From Candidatus Saccharimonadales bacterium (GTDB lineage Bacteria; Patescibacteriota; Saccharimonadia; Saccharimonadales; JAYRRP01), in assembly GCA_041910055.1 (NCBI GenBank), contig JAYRRP010000003.1, positions 301,973 through 365,972 on the forward strand: 64,000 nt of DNA. The letters run 5' to 3'. The notes under the pieces were generated by a model. That model was not told the DNA's origin. It searched no databases and saw only the letters and a program-made list of their open reading frames with translations. Made by a program: the position numbers and the translations under genes. Positions 34,681 through 44,246 of the stretch are shown piece after piece; the stretch's first letter is position 1; the number at the start of each line of letters is the position of its first letter.

Positions 34681-36291
34681 ATGAAAACCACAGATATTGA
34701 GATTCCGTACCAAGGGCAACGGAGTCGCCGTTACCGATTTTTCGAAATGGTGCCTGGCTTGATTAGCTGGTCACTCTTGCTATTACCATTCGCACTGAGT
34801 CTTATTAATCCTCGTTTAACGGTGCTCTTCATCATTGCTTATTTGCTGCTCTGGTTTGTGAAATCTGTCGGTATGAGTGTGCGAGCGCTGCAGGGTTTTA
34901 ACAGGTTAACTCGTTACCAGAAGTTGCCTTGGCGTGACATGACGGATGACCTGCAAAAGGGTGAAGTCTCGGTGACTAGCGCCCCTGAGTGGCACGCTGA
35001 GAATATTAAACGGCTCAAGGCCAAGCAACCAGTTGTTAGGCCGGCTGATATAGTCCATGCGGTGATTATTGCCACTTACCAGGAGAGTCGGGAAGTACTG
35101 GAACCAACCATTCGGGCCTTGATGAATTCAGACTATGAAGTAAAGAAGGTGCTATTGGTGATTGCGTATGAAGAACGTGGCGGTAAAGAAGTAGCCGAAA
35201 GGGCAGAAGCGTTGGTAAGTGAATATAAAGAAAAGTTTATGGATGCATTGGCAATTGGACACCCGGCCGATATTCCGAATGAGGTTATTGGTAAGGGAGG
35301 CAACATTACCTACGCAGGCCGTAAGGTTGAAGCATATGTCCGGGAGAAATCACTTGATCCTCTGAACGTCATTGTGACTACCCTGGACTCCGACAACCGT
35401 CCACACCGTAATTATCTGGCAGCCCTGACGTATACATATTGTGCCTGTCCGGACCCACGATACGCCTCATTCCAGCCCATACCGCTTTTCACGAATAATA
35501 TTTGGGATGCGCCGGCACCGATGCGCGTCGTCGCCACAGGGAATTCTTTTTGGCAGACAATTGTTGCGCTCAGGCCACATATGCTCCGTAACTTCAGTTC
35601 ACATGCCCAAAGTCTGCAGGCACTCATTGACACAGATTTCTGGAGTGTGCGTACCATTGTAGAAGATGGGCACCAATTTTGGCGCACATACTTTCGGTAT
35701 GACGGTAAGCACGAGGTCTATCCAGTCTTTGTGCCTATCTATCAGGACGCGGTGTTTGCAGGGGGCTACATTAAAACGCTGAAAGCCCAGTTTGTCCAGA
35801 TGCGGCGATGGGCGTGGGGAGCATCAGATATAGCTTATGTAGCTGACACAGGCTTCTTTAAGCCAAATAATGTGAGTAAGTTCGATCTGTGGGCAAAGTT
35901 GCTGCGTTTGATAGAGGGACACATCAGTTGGGCGACTTCAGCCTTAATGATTACGTTTTCGGCGTTCATTCCGCTTTTATTCAATTCAAATGATTACGGC
36001 GCCAATCAATTGCCCTTGGTAGCCAGTCGCTTGCAGACGCTCGCTATGGCGGGTATTATCATCTCGCTCTTCTTTAGCTTGAAAACCTTGCCCCCGAAGC
36101 CTGCCCGTTACAAAGCTCACCGGACATTTTTTATGATTATCCAATGGGTATATCTGCCGGTTACGACAATCATTTATGGGAGCTTCTCGGCTCTTTATTC
36201 GCAAACCCGATTACTACTTGGCAAATACCTAGGCAAATTTGATGTGACTGAAAAGGCAGTTGTCACCAAAGACAATAAGAGGGTGCTTTAG
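34681..36291 (+). CDS. Membrane-embedded family 2 glycosyltransferase (processive, cellulose/PNAG-synthase-like)
   Basis: N- and C-terminal TM clusters. VIIATYQESREVL (GT-A start), TLDSDNRP (DxD), and the Q-x-x-R-W-type motif QMRRWAWG. Confidence 0.8.
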   Translation: MKTTDIEIPYQGQRSRRYRFFEMVPGLISWSLLLLPFALSLINPRLTVLFIIAYLLLWFVKSVGMSVRALQGFNRLTRYQKLPWRDMTDDLQKGEVSVTSAPEWHAENIKRLKAKQPVVRPADIVHAVIIATYQESREVLEPTIRALMNSDYEVKKVLLVIAYEERGGKEVAERAEALVSEYKEKFMDALAIGHPADIPNEVIGKGGNITYAGRKVEAYVREKSLDPLNVIVTTLDSDNRPHRNYLAALTYTYCACPDPRYASFQPIPLFTNNIWDAPAPMRVVATGNSFWQTIVALRPHMLRNFSSHAQSLQALIDTDFWSVRTIVEDGHQFWRTYFRYDGKHEVYPVFVPIYQDAVFAGGYIKTLKAQFVQMRRWAWGASDIAYVADTGFFKPNNVSKFDLWAKLLRLIEGHISWATSALMITFSAFIPLLFNSNDYGANQLPLVASRLQTLAMAGIIISLFFSLKTLPPKPARYKAHRTFFMIIQWVYLPVTTIIYGSFSALYSQTRLLLGKYLGKFDVTEKAVVTKDNKRVL

Positions 36292-36302
36292 CGGGTCTCG
36301 GG

Positions 36303-36704
36303 CTACAGGGGATGATAGGCGGCATATTGGACTGCCGCAGCTTGGTCATAATTGCGTAAAGTAGCAGTGGCACAGTTGATAAGATGAGACCTCTCTACTA
36401 AAGGAGTTTTAAGTTGTTTTTGCAGTTTTGCCAAGGTATTACGGGTCAGGTAACGGGCAGATGAAACTGCATCTGAGCGGTGTTTGCAGCATTCATATAA
36501 ACTCACGAACAATGTGTCTTCGGAAAAGGGTCGCTCGGCGGTTTTACCCCGATAGAGTAAGGTGGTCGTAAAATCAGCGGATTCTACAGAGGTAATAGTT
36601 ATCTTGCAGCGGCGACACTGCCGCCGTCGCCACACTGAATTTGTACGCTTCTGAGGGCGAGAATTAGTGACTAAGGTAGGAGAATGGCAATATGGACAAA
36701 CCAT
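36303..36704 (-). CDS. nrdR: NrdR-like transcriptional repressor (zinc ribbon + ATP-cone)
   Basis: MVCPYCHSPTLVTNSRPQKRTNSVWRRRQCRRCKITITSVE matches the NrdR N-terminus, and there is a C-terminal ATP-cone-like ...AAAVQYAAYH. Start moved to the internal ATG at 36704. Confidence 0.7.
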   Translation of the reverse strand: MVCPYCHSPTLVTNSRPQKRTNSVWRRRQCRRCKITITSVESADFTTTLLYRGKTAERPFSEDTLFVSLYECCKHRSDAVSSARYLTRNTLAKLQKQLKTPLVERSHLINCATATLRNYDQAAAVQYAAYHPL

Positions 36705-36756
36705 GTCAGCATATTGACATAAGCCTAATAAATAATCCAGTGGAAAAAACGTGTAC

Positions 36757-36784
36757 AAATAAAAACCCCAGGATGTTCCTGGGG
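36757..36784 (-). terminator. Rho-independent terminator located upstream of nrdR (minus strand)
   Basis: Minus strand: ccccagg-aacat-cctgggg followed by tttttattt. It lies between a candidate minus-strand promoter (~36950) and the nrdR start. Confidence 0.65.
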
Positions 36785-37048
36785 TTGTCCAAGGGCTGTA
36801 GCTACTTTAGAGGGTAGTGGGCCGTGGACGTCGGATTCTGCTTGATGGCTTTGCGGAAGCTAATTCTTCATAGAAAAGCTTAAAGCTCTCAAGCGAACTT
36901 GGCTTGATCTTCAAAACGAAAAACACCTCGTTTAACCTGCTTATGTTAACACAAAAGAAGAAAAAAGTCAACATCAGTAGAGAAGCTGCTAGTTGCTTTT
37001 ACCGGTGTTAATTTGCTATTATCACTCTGTCTCATAGAGATTGTTTGA

Positions 37049-37125
37049 GGGCTCTTAGCTCAGTTGGCTAGAGCGCTTCCTTGACGTGGAAGAGGTCAGA
37101 GGTTCGAGTCCTCTAGAGCCCACCA
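37049..37125 (+). tRNA. tRNA-Val (anticodon GAC), CCA encoded
   Basis: GGGCTCT acceptor, anticodon arm CTTCC-TTGACGT-GGAAG, T arm AGAGG-TTCGAGT-CCTCT. 77 nt. Confidence 0.92.
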
Positions 37126-37216
37126 ATTTATCTTTAGTACACAATCTCTAAGAATATAGATACCTTGGACTACACAGATTACGTACTTCTAAGCGTGAGC
37201 GGTATAATGGGTGCAA

Positions 37217-38089
37217 ATGAACATCAAAAAAACGAATTCCGGTGGCGTGTATGCCCATTTGCTTCTGTTTTTGAAGCCTAGATACAAGAAGTTCGTTTTA
37301 ATATTTTCTCTGCTGGGTACGCTGATATTTGTAGGGGTAGCCGGTGCAGCAGCAATATCATATGGCTACAAAACCACAGATAAAATCTCGTATGGCGCAC
37401 TCGTAAGTACAGTTGAAGATAACCCAAGTATAGTAAAGCTGGCTACCAAAGAAGATGCCAGGTTATTGCTTGGCATCGCCGTCAAATCTGATGATTCGTT
37501 GCTTTCACTCTCAAACGGTACCACAGATGTGGAGGTGGCAGTTGAAGGGGCAACGGTTGCCCTCGTTTCGGACATCAACGGCAGCATTAAAGCTGGGGAC
37601 CCTATTACCATTTCACCTATGAAAGGTGTAGGGATGAAATCACCAAACGCGACTAAAATTGTTGGTGTTGCGCAACAGCCATTTGATAAAAACACGCCGG
37701 GAGCTGCTAGGCAGAAGATTACCAACAAAGAGGGCAAAGTTATAGAGGTAGCAATCGGCAAGATACCTCTCAATGTCAAAGTCGAGACCTATAATGGGAA
37801 TGCCCAAAGTACCACCAATGCAATCCTCCAGGCTATCCAAAATGCCGTTAGTTTTATTGCGGGAAGACAGGTCCCCATAGCACGGGCGCTCGTAGCAGTA
37901 GGTATTGTGATGGCCTCGCTGTTGATTAGTTCAATTATTGTGTACACCTCAGTACGTACGAGTTTTATATCGGTTGGCCGCAATCCACTTGCTCAGAGCT
38001 TTATCCGTAAAAACCTCTATGTGGTACTGTTGACGGTCGTTTCAATCTTAGGCGCTGCATTCTTGGCTGCCTATCTGGTAATTAAGTAA
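37217..38089 (+). CDS. Secreted/membrane protein, N- and C-terminal TM helices, hypothetical
   Basis: ATG at 37217 lies 9 nt after TATAAT (37203-37208), so the mRNA is probably leaderless. Signal-anchor and C-terminal double TM. Confidence 0.65.
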   Translation: MNIKKTNSGGVYAHLLLFLKPRYKKFVLIFSLLGTLIFVGVAGAAAISYGYKTTDKISYGALVSTVEDNPSIVKLATKEDARLLLGIAVKSDDSLLSLSNGTTDVEVAVEGATVALVSDINGSIKAGDPITISPMKGVGMKSPNATKIVGVAQQPFDKNTPGAARQKITNKEGKVIEVAIGKIPLNVKVETYNGNAQSTTNAILQAIQNAVSFIAGRQVPIARALVAVGIVMASLLISSIIVYTSVRTSFISVGRNPLAQSFIRKNLYVVLLTVVSILGAAFLAAYLVIK

Positions 38090-38196
38090 AATTTAGCCCC
38101 AAAAAAGCTTGACCTTAACAGATTACTGCCTCTATAATGTTTATGTACAAATCTTAAATAAAAAATACTAAAACAAAAGATGCGGGGCGGTCACGC

Positions 38197-41124
38197 GTGA
38201 ACCCCTTACAAACAAATCCTTCGACTGATGCCACCAAAGTGGCGCAAGAACCGCTGGTAGAGGCGGCTTCGTTGGAGGCACCTGAGACGCCAGAAGTGGC
38301 CCCTGCCCAAACTGGACAAACGCCGGCTATTCCACCGAAGAAACCTGGTGCTTTCTTGCTGCTCAAAAAGATTTTTGGCAATAAATTTTTACGATTTGGT
38401 CTGGTGACAGTGGTGATTATCACTGTTATTTTACTTTTGCTGTCAATGTGGTGGTCAAAACGGCACAACGTGGGTCCAAACGACCAAGCAGTAAACGACC
38501 AATTCTCAACAACTACGGTGCCGCTCAATGTGGGCAGTGACGGATCAGCTGAAATTAACCAAAAGAAGGTGTCCGTAAACGGTAACGTGAAGATCTTAGG
38601 TGCTTATACGTTGGTGCCAAGTGAGCGACCAAATAACCCGGTGCCTGGCCAGCAATATATCGACAATAAAGATTTTCGTTTATACGTGTTCAACGGTAGT
38701 GAATGGATTTCGCAACTTAATGTGGCCGACCTGAACAGCTTAAATGTAAGCATTGCGAACAATTTGCAAGCGGCCAATGCCCAGATAACAAACTTGCAGG
38801 CACAAACTGCCACCATTGGAAATGTGGCGACCCAGGCAGCAGAGACGCCGCCATTTACGTTGCCGGGTGAAACAACCCTCCAAGGCAATACCTTCAACGG
38901 GGCAAGCCAACTAGTACAGCTCACTGGCGGTGGTTTACTTCCAGCATTAGACGCGTCCAATCTCCTCAATCTAAATGCAAGTAATATTTCTAGTGGTACT
39001 CTTTCAGATGCCAGGTTATCTACGAACGTAACCCTCCAAGGCAATACCTTCAACGGGGCAAGCCAACTAGTACAGCTCACTGGCGGTGGTTTACTTCCAG
39101 CATTAGACGCGTCCAATCTCCTCAATCTAAATGCGAGCAACATAACCACTGGTACATTAGCGGATGGCAGGCTGTCAGCAAATGTCGCTTTGCTTGATCG
39201 AGCAGGCCAAATCTTTACCGGAGATGGACAGATATTTAAGGGCTCCAGTTCTTCGGCTTTTCAGCTACAAAATTCACTGGGAAGTGCATACTTCTTCGGT
39301 GATAGTAGTGGGTCAACGATTGGGGTGGGGGCATTAGGTGCAGATGTCAAACTCAACATCGAGACAAGTGATAATATTGCTCTGCGCGCCAACCAAACGG
39401 GCAGTGATGACTTAGTGCAGCTGGCATCAGGTGGCACAAATGTCATCACCATAAGTAGTACGGGTGCAAGTTTGTTTAAGAATACCGCTAACAGTACTTC
39501 TGCCTTTTCGGTGCAAACTTCGGGCGGCGGTACCGCGCTTAACGTTGATACCACAAATAGCCGGGTGAGCGTCAATAAATCCAGCGCTGCCTACCCTCTT
39601 GAAGTTGGAGGTAGTGTGGGTATAGACAATACGGGTGATGCTTCTGGTATTGGTTTGTATATAGGCGGGACGCAAGTTTGTAATGTTGCCGGCTGTATCT
39701 CAGCGTCAGGGGGCGGAGGAGGCATAAATAACAGCACTACCTTACAATTGAGCGCGAATTTCGCGATTCAGGGGACTGTACTAGATACCACGAACCCGAC
39801 TGCCCGGATACGCCAATACAATGGCCAAACAACCTCGCTTTTACAGGTAGAGAATTCCAGCGGCGGTAAGATCGCCAGCGTCAATTCAAATGGGATAACT
39901 CTTGGCGCAAAGCCTGATAGTACCGATTCGTCATTTACCAAAATAACGCCATTTGTGCAACAGGGTATACCATATGTGGCCGAAGGCAGTTATCTAGGTG
40001 ATGGAACAAATAATCGTATTGTGCCTCTTTCTGGGGGTTTTGGTACGCCAAAGCTTGTGATGATAACTGAAGGTACGGTTGGCAACAACCCAGTCTCTCC
40101 GCCATTACTCAGGATTGATGGCATGCAAAGTGGGACGTGTAATGCGAGTAACCCGAACAACTGTTTGGCTCGTGGGTTTAACGACGGCAGTACCAGCACG
40201 ACTGCGAATAGTATTAGTGCGTTTGAGATTGACCAATTTAGAGTGGGAGTAAGTACTGCTGGCATAGCGAGCAGCAATACTTTAAACAAAACATATCATT
40301 ATTTGGCGGTGTCAGCTGCGAGCAATGCGGTAACTTCGGGAAATAGTACGGCTGATAATTATATGGCTTACGGGACGTACAGCGGCAATGGTATAGCTGG
40401 CCGCAATATTAGCTTTACCCCACCATCTGGTAGCTGGACACCTGACATGGTGATAGTTTCTCGCTACTCCGGTGGAGGGAGCACTGGTGCCTACCCTGTC
40501 TTTACCACAAGTAGTATGCCCGCTAGCCATACTGTACCCTTTACAGCTGCCAATTTCGGTGTCTATGGTAACGCCATTACTGCGCTAGGCAGCAACGGCT
40601 TTACGTTAGGGAGTGATAGTTATGTAAATCAAAATGGGATCAGTTATGCATGGTTTGCTATTAAGAAAGCTCCCAATTTATTTGATACAAACACCTATGG
40701 TGGTACTGGTACGACAGCGACACATAACTTTGCATCTGGTTACACGGCCCAGCCGGACTGGGTGACTACTAAAGTAGATAATTGGAATAATCCCCCTGCG
40801 AGCGGTTCGCCCCAAAGTTATACCAATATTAAATCCAGCTCTATGTCAGGCAACCGTTCTTATTCATCACTGAATGGTGAGAAAACCACGGCGATCACGG
40901 CCTTGAACCAAGGGATACCTTCTTCGTTTACAGTGGGCAGTGAAGCGACAGCCAACGCTATGGATGGTGCGCCGCCTGGTACCACCTATTGTGGAACAAC
41001 CTGTACATACTATTGGTTTGGGTTCAGCAAAAACCTACCGAATTTTAATGATGATTTTATCGGCGGGGGGCAACCTACAAGGGCAAATTGTATGCTTCTC
41101 TTAGCTATGAAAATGGTTGTGTAG
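38197..41124 (+). CDS. Giant surface protein, N-terminal part (TM anchor, tail-fibre-like repeats); reading frame ends just after a G6 tract
   Basis: TM FLRFGLVTVVIITVILLLLSMWW. Duplicated 52-aa unit TLQGNTFNGASQLVQLTGGGLLPALDASNLLNLNASN.... Frame 1 terminates 52 nt after gggggg (41065-41070). Confidence 0.75.
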   Translation: MNPLQTNPSTDATKVAQEPLVEAASLEAPETPEVAPAQTGQTPAIPPKKPGAFLLLKKIFGNKFLRFGLVTVVIITVILLLLSMWWSKRHNVGPNDQAVNDQFSTTTVPLNVGSDGSAEINQKKVSVNGNVKILGAYTLVPSERPNNPVPGQQYIDNKDFRLYVFNGSEWISQLNVADLNSLNVSIANNLQAANAQITNLQAQTATIGNVATQAAETPPFTLPGETTLQGNTFNGASQLVQLTGGGLLPALDASNLLNLNASNISSGTLSDARLSTNVTLQGNTFNGASQLVQLTGGGLLPALDASNLLNLNASNITTGTLADGRLSANVALLDRAGQIFTGDGQIFKGSSSSAFQLQNSLGSAYFFGDSSGSTIGVGALGADVKLNIETSDNIALRANQTGSDDLVQLASGGTNVITISSTGASLFKNTANSTSAFSVQTSGGGTALNVDTTNSRVSVNKSSAAYPLEVGGSVGIDNTGDASGIGLYIGGTQVCNVAGCISASGGGGGINNSTTLQLSANFAIQGTVLDTTNPTARIRQYNGQTTSLLQVENSSGGKIASVNSNGITLGAKPDSTDSSFTKITPFVQQGIPYVAEGSYLGDGTNNRIVPLSGGFGTPKLVMITEGTVGNNPVSPPLLRIDGMQSGTCNASNPNNCLARGFNDGSTSTTANSISAFEIDQFRVGVSTAGIASSNTLNKTYHYLAVSAASNAVTSGNSTADNYMAYGTYSGNGIAGRNISFTPPSGSWTPDMVIVSRYSGGGSTGAYPVFTTSSMPASHTVPFTAANFGVYGNAITALGSNGFTLGSDSYVNQNGISYAWFAIKKAPNLFDTNTYGGTGTTATHNFASGYTAQPDWVTTKVDNWNNPPASGSPQSYTNIKSSSMSGNRSYSSLNGEKTTAITALNQGIPSSFTVGSEATANAMDGAPPGTTYCGTTCTYYWFGFSKNLPNFNDDFIGGGQPTRANCMLLLAMKMVV
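38874..39185 (+). repeat. Tandem 2 x 156-bp in-frame repeat (first 105 bp of each unit identical)
   Basis: 38874-38978 is identical to 39030-39134. The remaining 51 bp of each unit is diverged but homologous. Confidence 0.9.
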
Positions 41125-43178
41125 TCTATAGGTATGACGGCAATGGCGCGTGGACGGCGCTCAATTCTGAAGGTATTCTCATTCCTCCAACAAGTGTTTC
41201 AACACCCGAGTCCACTCCTTTTATTGACTCGATATCAGTCATGAAAGTGTTTGATGGCAAGCTGTTTGTCGGCACGAGAACGAATACAGGCGAAGGGGCT
41301 GTCTATACCTATAACCCTAGTCAAAGTACTGATAGAGGTTGGACACGTTTGAATGCCACGCTTGGAACGTTTGGTTCTACAACAGGGGTAGATGGAGTCG
41401 CTTCTATGGCGGTTGTCAATGGCACGCTCTTTATTGGTACGCGCAAAACGAACGACGCTGAGGTGTATAGGTATGAAGGAGGGACTACGCTTACGCTCAC
41501 AAACGGGTCGAGTACGGGAGGGCTCAGCACAGTCGATCCAAGCGGCGACGTGATAGATGCGATTAATCTTGTCAACTACGGTGGACGGTTGTTTGCAGGC
41601 CTGGAAACTGGTACCGATAGTGCTGCGAGGGTATACCGCTGGGGTGGGGCAGATTGGTTTATGCTCAATACTACGGCCGGCAGGTTTGAGACCACAACCG
41701 GAATTAATGATGTTACCTCACTTATCACGTATAATGGTTCTCTGTTCATAGGGGTAGCAGACGGTGCAGATTCGGCAGAGATTTATCGTTACAACGGCAA
41801 TCCGGATAGTGGCTCGCATACCAGCGTGGCCTTTACCCGCGTTTCGGGTTCCACGCCGGGTATTCTGGCCACTTCAACGGATGTAGTAGACAGTATTCGG
41901 ACCTTTACTGTATACAACGGGCGACTCTACGCTGGTACAGACACAGGAAGCGGTACTAACAAAGGAGCTATCTATGAATTTGATGGGGTAAGTAGCTGGT
42001 CTGTACTTAATCCAAGCGGCGAAGGTAATTTTGGTGAGAATAGTATAGACGGGGTTTCTTTACTATTGCCGGTCAATGATTCGTTGTATGTGGGTACGGT
42101 GGAACCAGCAGCAAGTACAACGACCAATGTCTATTACTTTAAGAAGACATCCAGTAACAGTTATGCACTGCAGTTTACCGCGGATGGTGATGGCTCATTT
42201 GATAATATTGGATCAATTAGCTTTATGGCAGGCGACCAGTCGAGCAGTACATTTGCCAACCAGGGGCAATTCTTGGTGTCTCACTCATTTAGTTTTACCG
42301 CGGCAGCTTATGACATTGCCGAAGATTACGCCACGCTTGATGACGAAGTTGAATCCGGCAGTGTAGTGGCGATTGATCCTGAAAACCCTGGTGGGTATGT
42401 ACGGGCTGCCAATATTAATAAGGGTGATGGACTGCGTCTGCTCGGCATAGTCTCCACAAAACCTGCACTTAGGTTGTCGCAGAAACTTGATTATGACCCT
42501 ATATCGGGTAGCCGTACTCTACCAGTTGCTCTGGCAGGTCGCGTACCCGTAAAAGTAGATCCTGAGTCAGAGGATATCAAACCTGGTGACTTCTTAACCG
42601 CCAGCACTACGCGTCCAGGCTATGCCACGAAAGCCGACAACGGTTTTGTGATAGCCAAAGCGCTTGAATCCTGGAATAAAGGCAGCGATAAAACTTTGGA
42701 CGTGTTTGTGACGAACGCCTTCGCGGCCACTGGACAGATAGCTGGCATGAGCCCAGCAGAATCGCGCACGCTCACAGATGGGCAGGTATCCGTTCTTGAT
42801 GCCTTTGCTTTCACGGTTGACGGTGGGTTAAGGATGTTGAAAGACATAAACTTTATTGGCAAAGTCTTCTTTGAAAACGAAGTTACTTTCAAAGATCGGG
42901 TCTTCTATGGGGATAAGGACTTTGCTGGTTATGCAGCCATTGAAGCCGGCGATAAGGAAGTAAGGATAAAATACAAGAAACCGTATGCCGAAAAGCCGAT
43001 TGTGTCTGTGTCGCCTAAGAGCCTGGTGCAATACCACATAGAAGACGAGACTCCAGAAGGATTTGTTATAAAAATCGACCAGCCTTCGGATAAACAAATC
43101 CAATTCAGCTGGATCGCACTCCAAGTTAAGGATTCCGCCACGTATAATAGTAAAGACGTGACGAGTGCATCGAACTAA
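41088..43178 (+). CDS. Giant surface protein, C-terminal part (beta-propeller-like repeats + C-terminal domain); probably one gene with 38197..41124
   Basis: At least 6 repeats of the type [FY]xG[KRS]L[FY][VA]G...[VI]Y[RT][YW]...W..LN. The frame is open back to 41055, and the first repeat (TYKGKLYASLSYENGCVVYRYDGNGAWTALN) starts upstream of any start codon. Confidence 0.75.
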   Translation: MYASLSYENGCVVYRYDGNGAWTALNSEGILIPPTSVSTPESTPFIDSISVMKVFDGKLFVGTRTNTGEGAVYTYNPSQSTDRGWTRLNATLGTFGSTTGVDGVASMAVVNGTLFIGTRKTNDAEVYRYEGGTTLTLTNGSSTGGLSTVDPSGDVIDAINLVNYGGRLFAGLETGTDSAARVYRWGGADWFMLNTTAGRFETTTGINDVTSLITYNGSLFIGVADGADSAEIYRYNGNPDSGSHTSVAFTRVSGSTPGILATSTDVVDSIRTFTVYNGRLYAGTDTGSGTNKGAIYEFDGVSSWSVLNPSGEGNFGENSIDGVSLLLPVNDSLYVGTVEPAASTTTNVYYFKKTSSNSYALQFTADGDGSFDNIGSISFMAGDQSSSTFANQGQFLVSHSFSFTAAAYDIAEDYATLDDEVESGSVVAIDPENPGGYVRAANINKGDGLRLLGIVSTKPALRLSQKLDYDPISGSRTLPVALAGRVPVKVDPESEDIKPGDFLTASTTRPGYATKADNGFVIAKALESWNKGSDKTLDVFVTNAFAATGQIAGMSPAESRTLTDGQVSVLDAFAFTVDGGLRMLKDINFIGKVFFENEVTFKDRVFYGDKDFAGYAAIEAGDKEVRIKYKKPYAEKPIVSVSPKSLVQYHIEDETPEGFVIKIDQPSDKQIQFSWIALQVKDSATYNSKDVTSASN

Positions 43179-43198
43179 AGAACAGGGAAAAGAAAGTA

Positions 43199-43642
43199 AT
43201 GAAAAAAGCGACATCATTGTTGCGCAAAGCTGATTTGGGGGTAAGGTCTTCTGCTAAACGCAGTTGGCGTCAGGTGATGACAAACCGCAAGCTTCGCCTT
43301 GTCTTATTGGGGGTGGTAGCAGTGATAATCATTGTGGTAGTGGTTAATTTTTTCCGACTGCAGCGTAAGAATCATTTGCTTAAAACGAACCCCAGGGCAG
43401 TGCAACAAGATGAAGAAAAGAAGTATGTTTCGCAGTTACGACACCTGACCTACCCACCCGAAAAAGAAACACCGACAATAGCGATTATCACCGATGCGGA
43501 TAAGGCCCGCCAGCAAAATAGCGGATTCTACAAGCAGGCTAAGAATGGCGACGTGGTCGTGAAATATAAGTCTATTGCTTACATTCTTGATGCCAAAAAC
43601 GACAAATTAGTCAATATTGCGCCTGTGTACGACGAGCAATAA
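43199..43642 (+). CDS. Single-pass membrane protein, hypothetical
   Basis: 147 aa with TM LRLVLLGVVAVIIIVVVVNFF. Confidence 0.55.
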   Translation: MKKATSLLRKADLGVRSSAKRSWRQVMTNRKLRLVLLGVVAVIIIVVVVNFFRLQRKNHLLKTNPRAVQQDEEKKYVSQLRHLTYPPEKETPTIAIITDADKARQQNSGFYKQAKNGDVVVKYKSIAYILDAKNDKLVNIAPVYDEQ

Positions 43643-43658
43643 AGGAACCTAGCTGGCT

Positions 43659-43973
43659 CTATAAGTCGCGTAGGCCTCTGGGGCCCATATATTGTTGGAT
43701 CTTATTGTCAGTATCGGGATTCAAGTAGTAGTCTATTGAGCCATAGTGGAGGGCATCTCTACCTAAAAGGTCGGCCACAATCTGTAACCGGTGTTTTTCT
43801 GATGAATCGAGTTCCTCGACAGGATTGCAGAACATGTCCACTTTTTCCAGTATTTCATCCCTCTCTTCTTTAGAAAGTAGAGGCAATAGGTGCCTGGATG
43901 GGGAGCTTATGCCGCCGTTTTCAATAATGTAGTTATCGTAAATCTCGGATGCGAGTTCTCTTGAGTTTTCCAT
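43659..43973 (-). CDS. Hypothetical protein, 104 aa
   Basis: ORF only, acidic, no motif recognised. Confidence 0.45.
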   Translation of the reverse strand: MENSRELASEIYDNYIIENGGISSPSRHLLPLLSKEERDEILEKVDMFCNPVEELDSSEKHRLQIVADLLGRDALHYGSIDYYLNPDTDNKIQQYMGPRGLRDL

Positions 43974-44199
43974 GGTTAACTATTCCTTCGTTTGGGAAAG
44001 TTATAATAGTAAAAAAGAGAGCAAGTGTCAAATAAAATTACCAATGTAACTCTGTGATAGGTAAATAATATATCATAGGCGATATATAACTTATACCCAG
44101 GTTCTTTGTGTAAAAAACAATATTTAAGTACTAGCCATATGTTACCAATATTGTTATGATGGTTCTTGTCAGGTGAGTTTTGCGAGCTGTTTGCTCGAT

Positions 44200-44246
44200 A
44201 AGCTGGTTAAACATCATGCGAGAGTGTTTAACCAGCTTTTATTTTG
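44200..44246 (+). promoter_or_regulatory. Terminator-like hairpin in the thrS 5' leader (possible attenuator)
   Basis: 13-bp stem aagctggttaaac/gtttaaccagctt followed by ttatttt, 62 nt upstream of the thrS ATG. Confidence 0.5.

Noticed and set aside
36790-36900. Tested as SRP (4.5S) RNA or 6S RNA on either strand because of the orphan terminator.
   Set aside because: The helix-8 signature (GGAA tetraloop closed by C-G plus the AGCA/GGAAGCAG symmetric loop) is not present, and no convincing long closing helix was found.
44170-44186. caGGTGAGttttGCGAG as a degenerate T-box sequence in the thrS leader.
   Set aside because: It lacks the conserved UGGNACC core needed to pair with the tRNA acceptor end, and there are no recognisable Stem I or specifier features. 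It is kept only as a caveat under the thrS leader finding.
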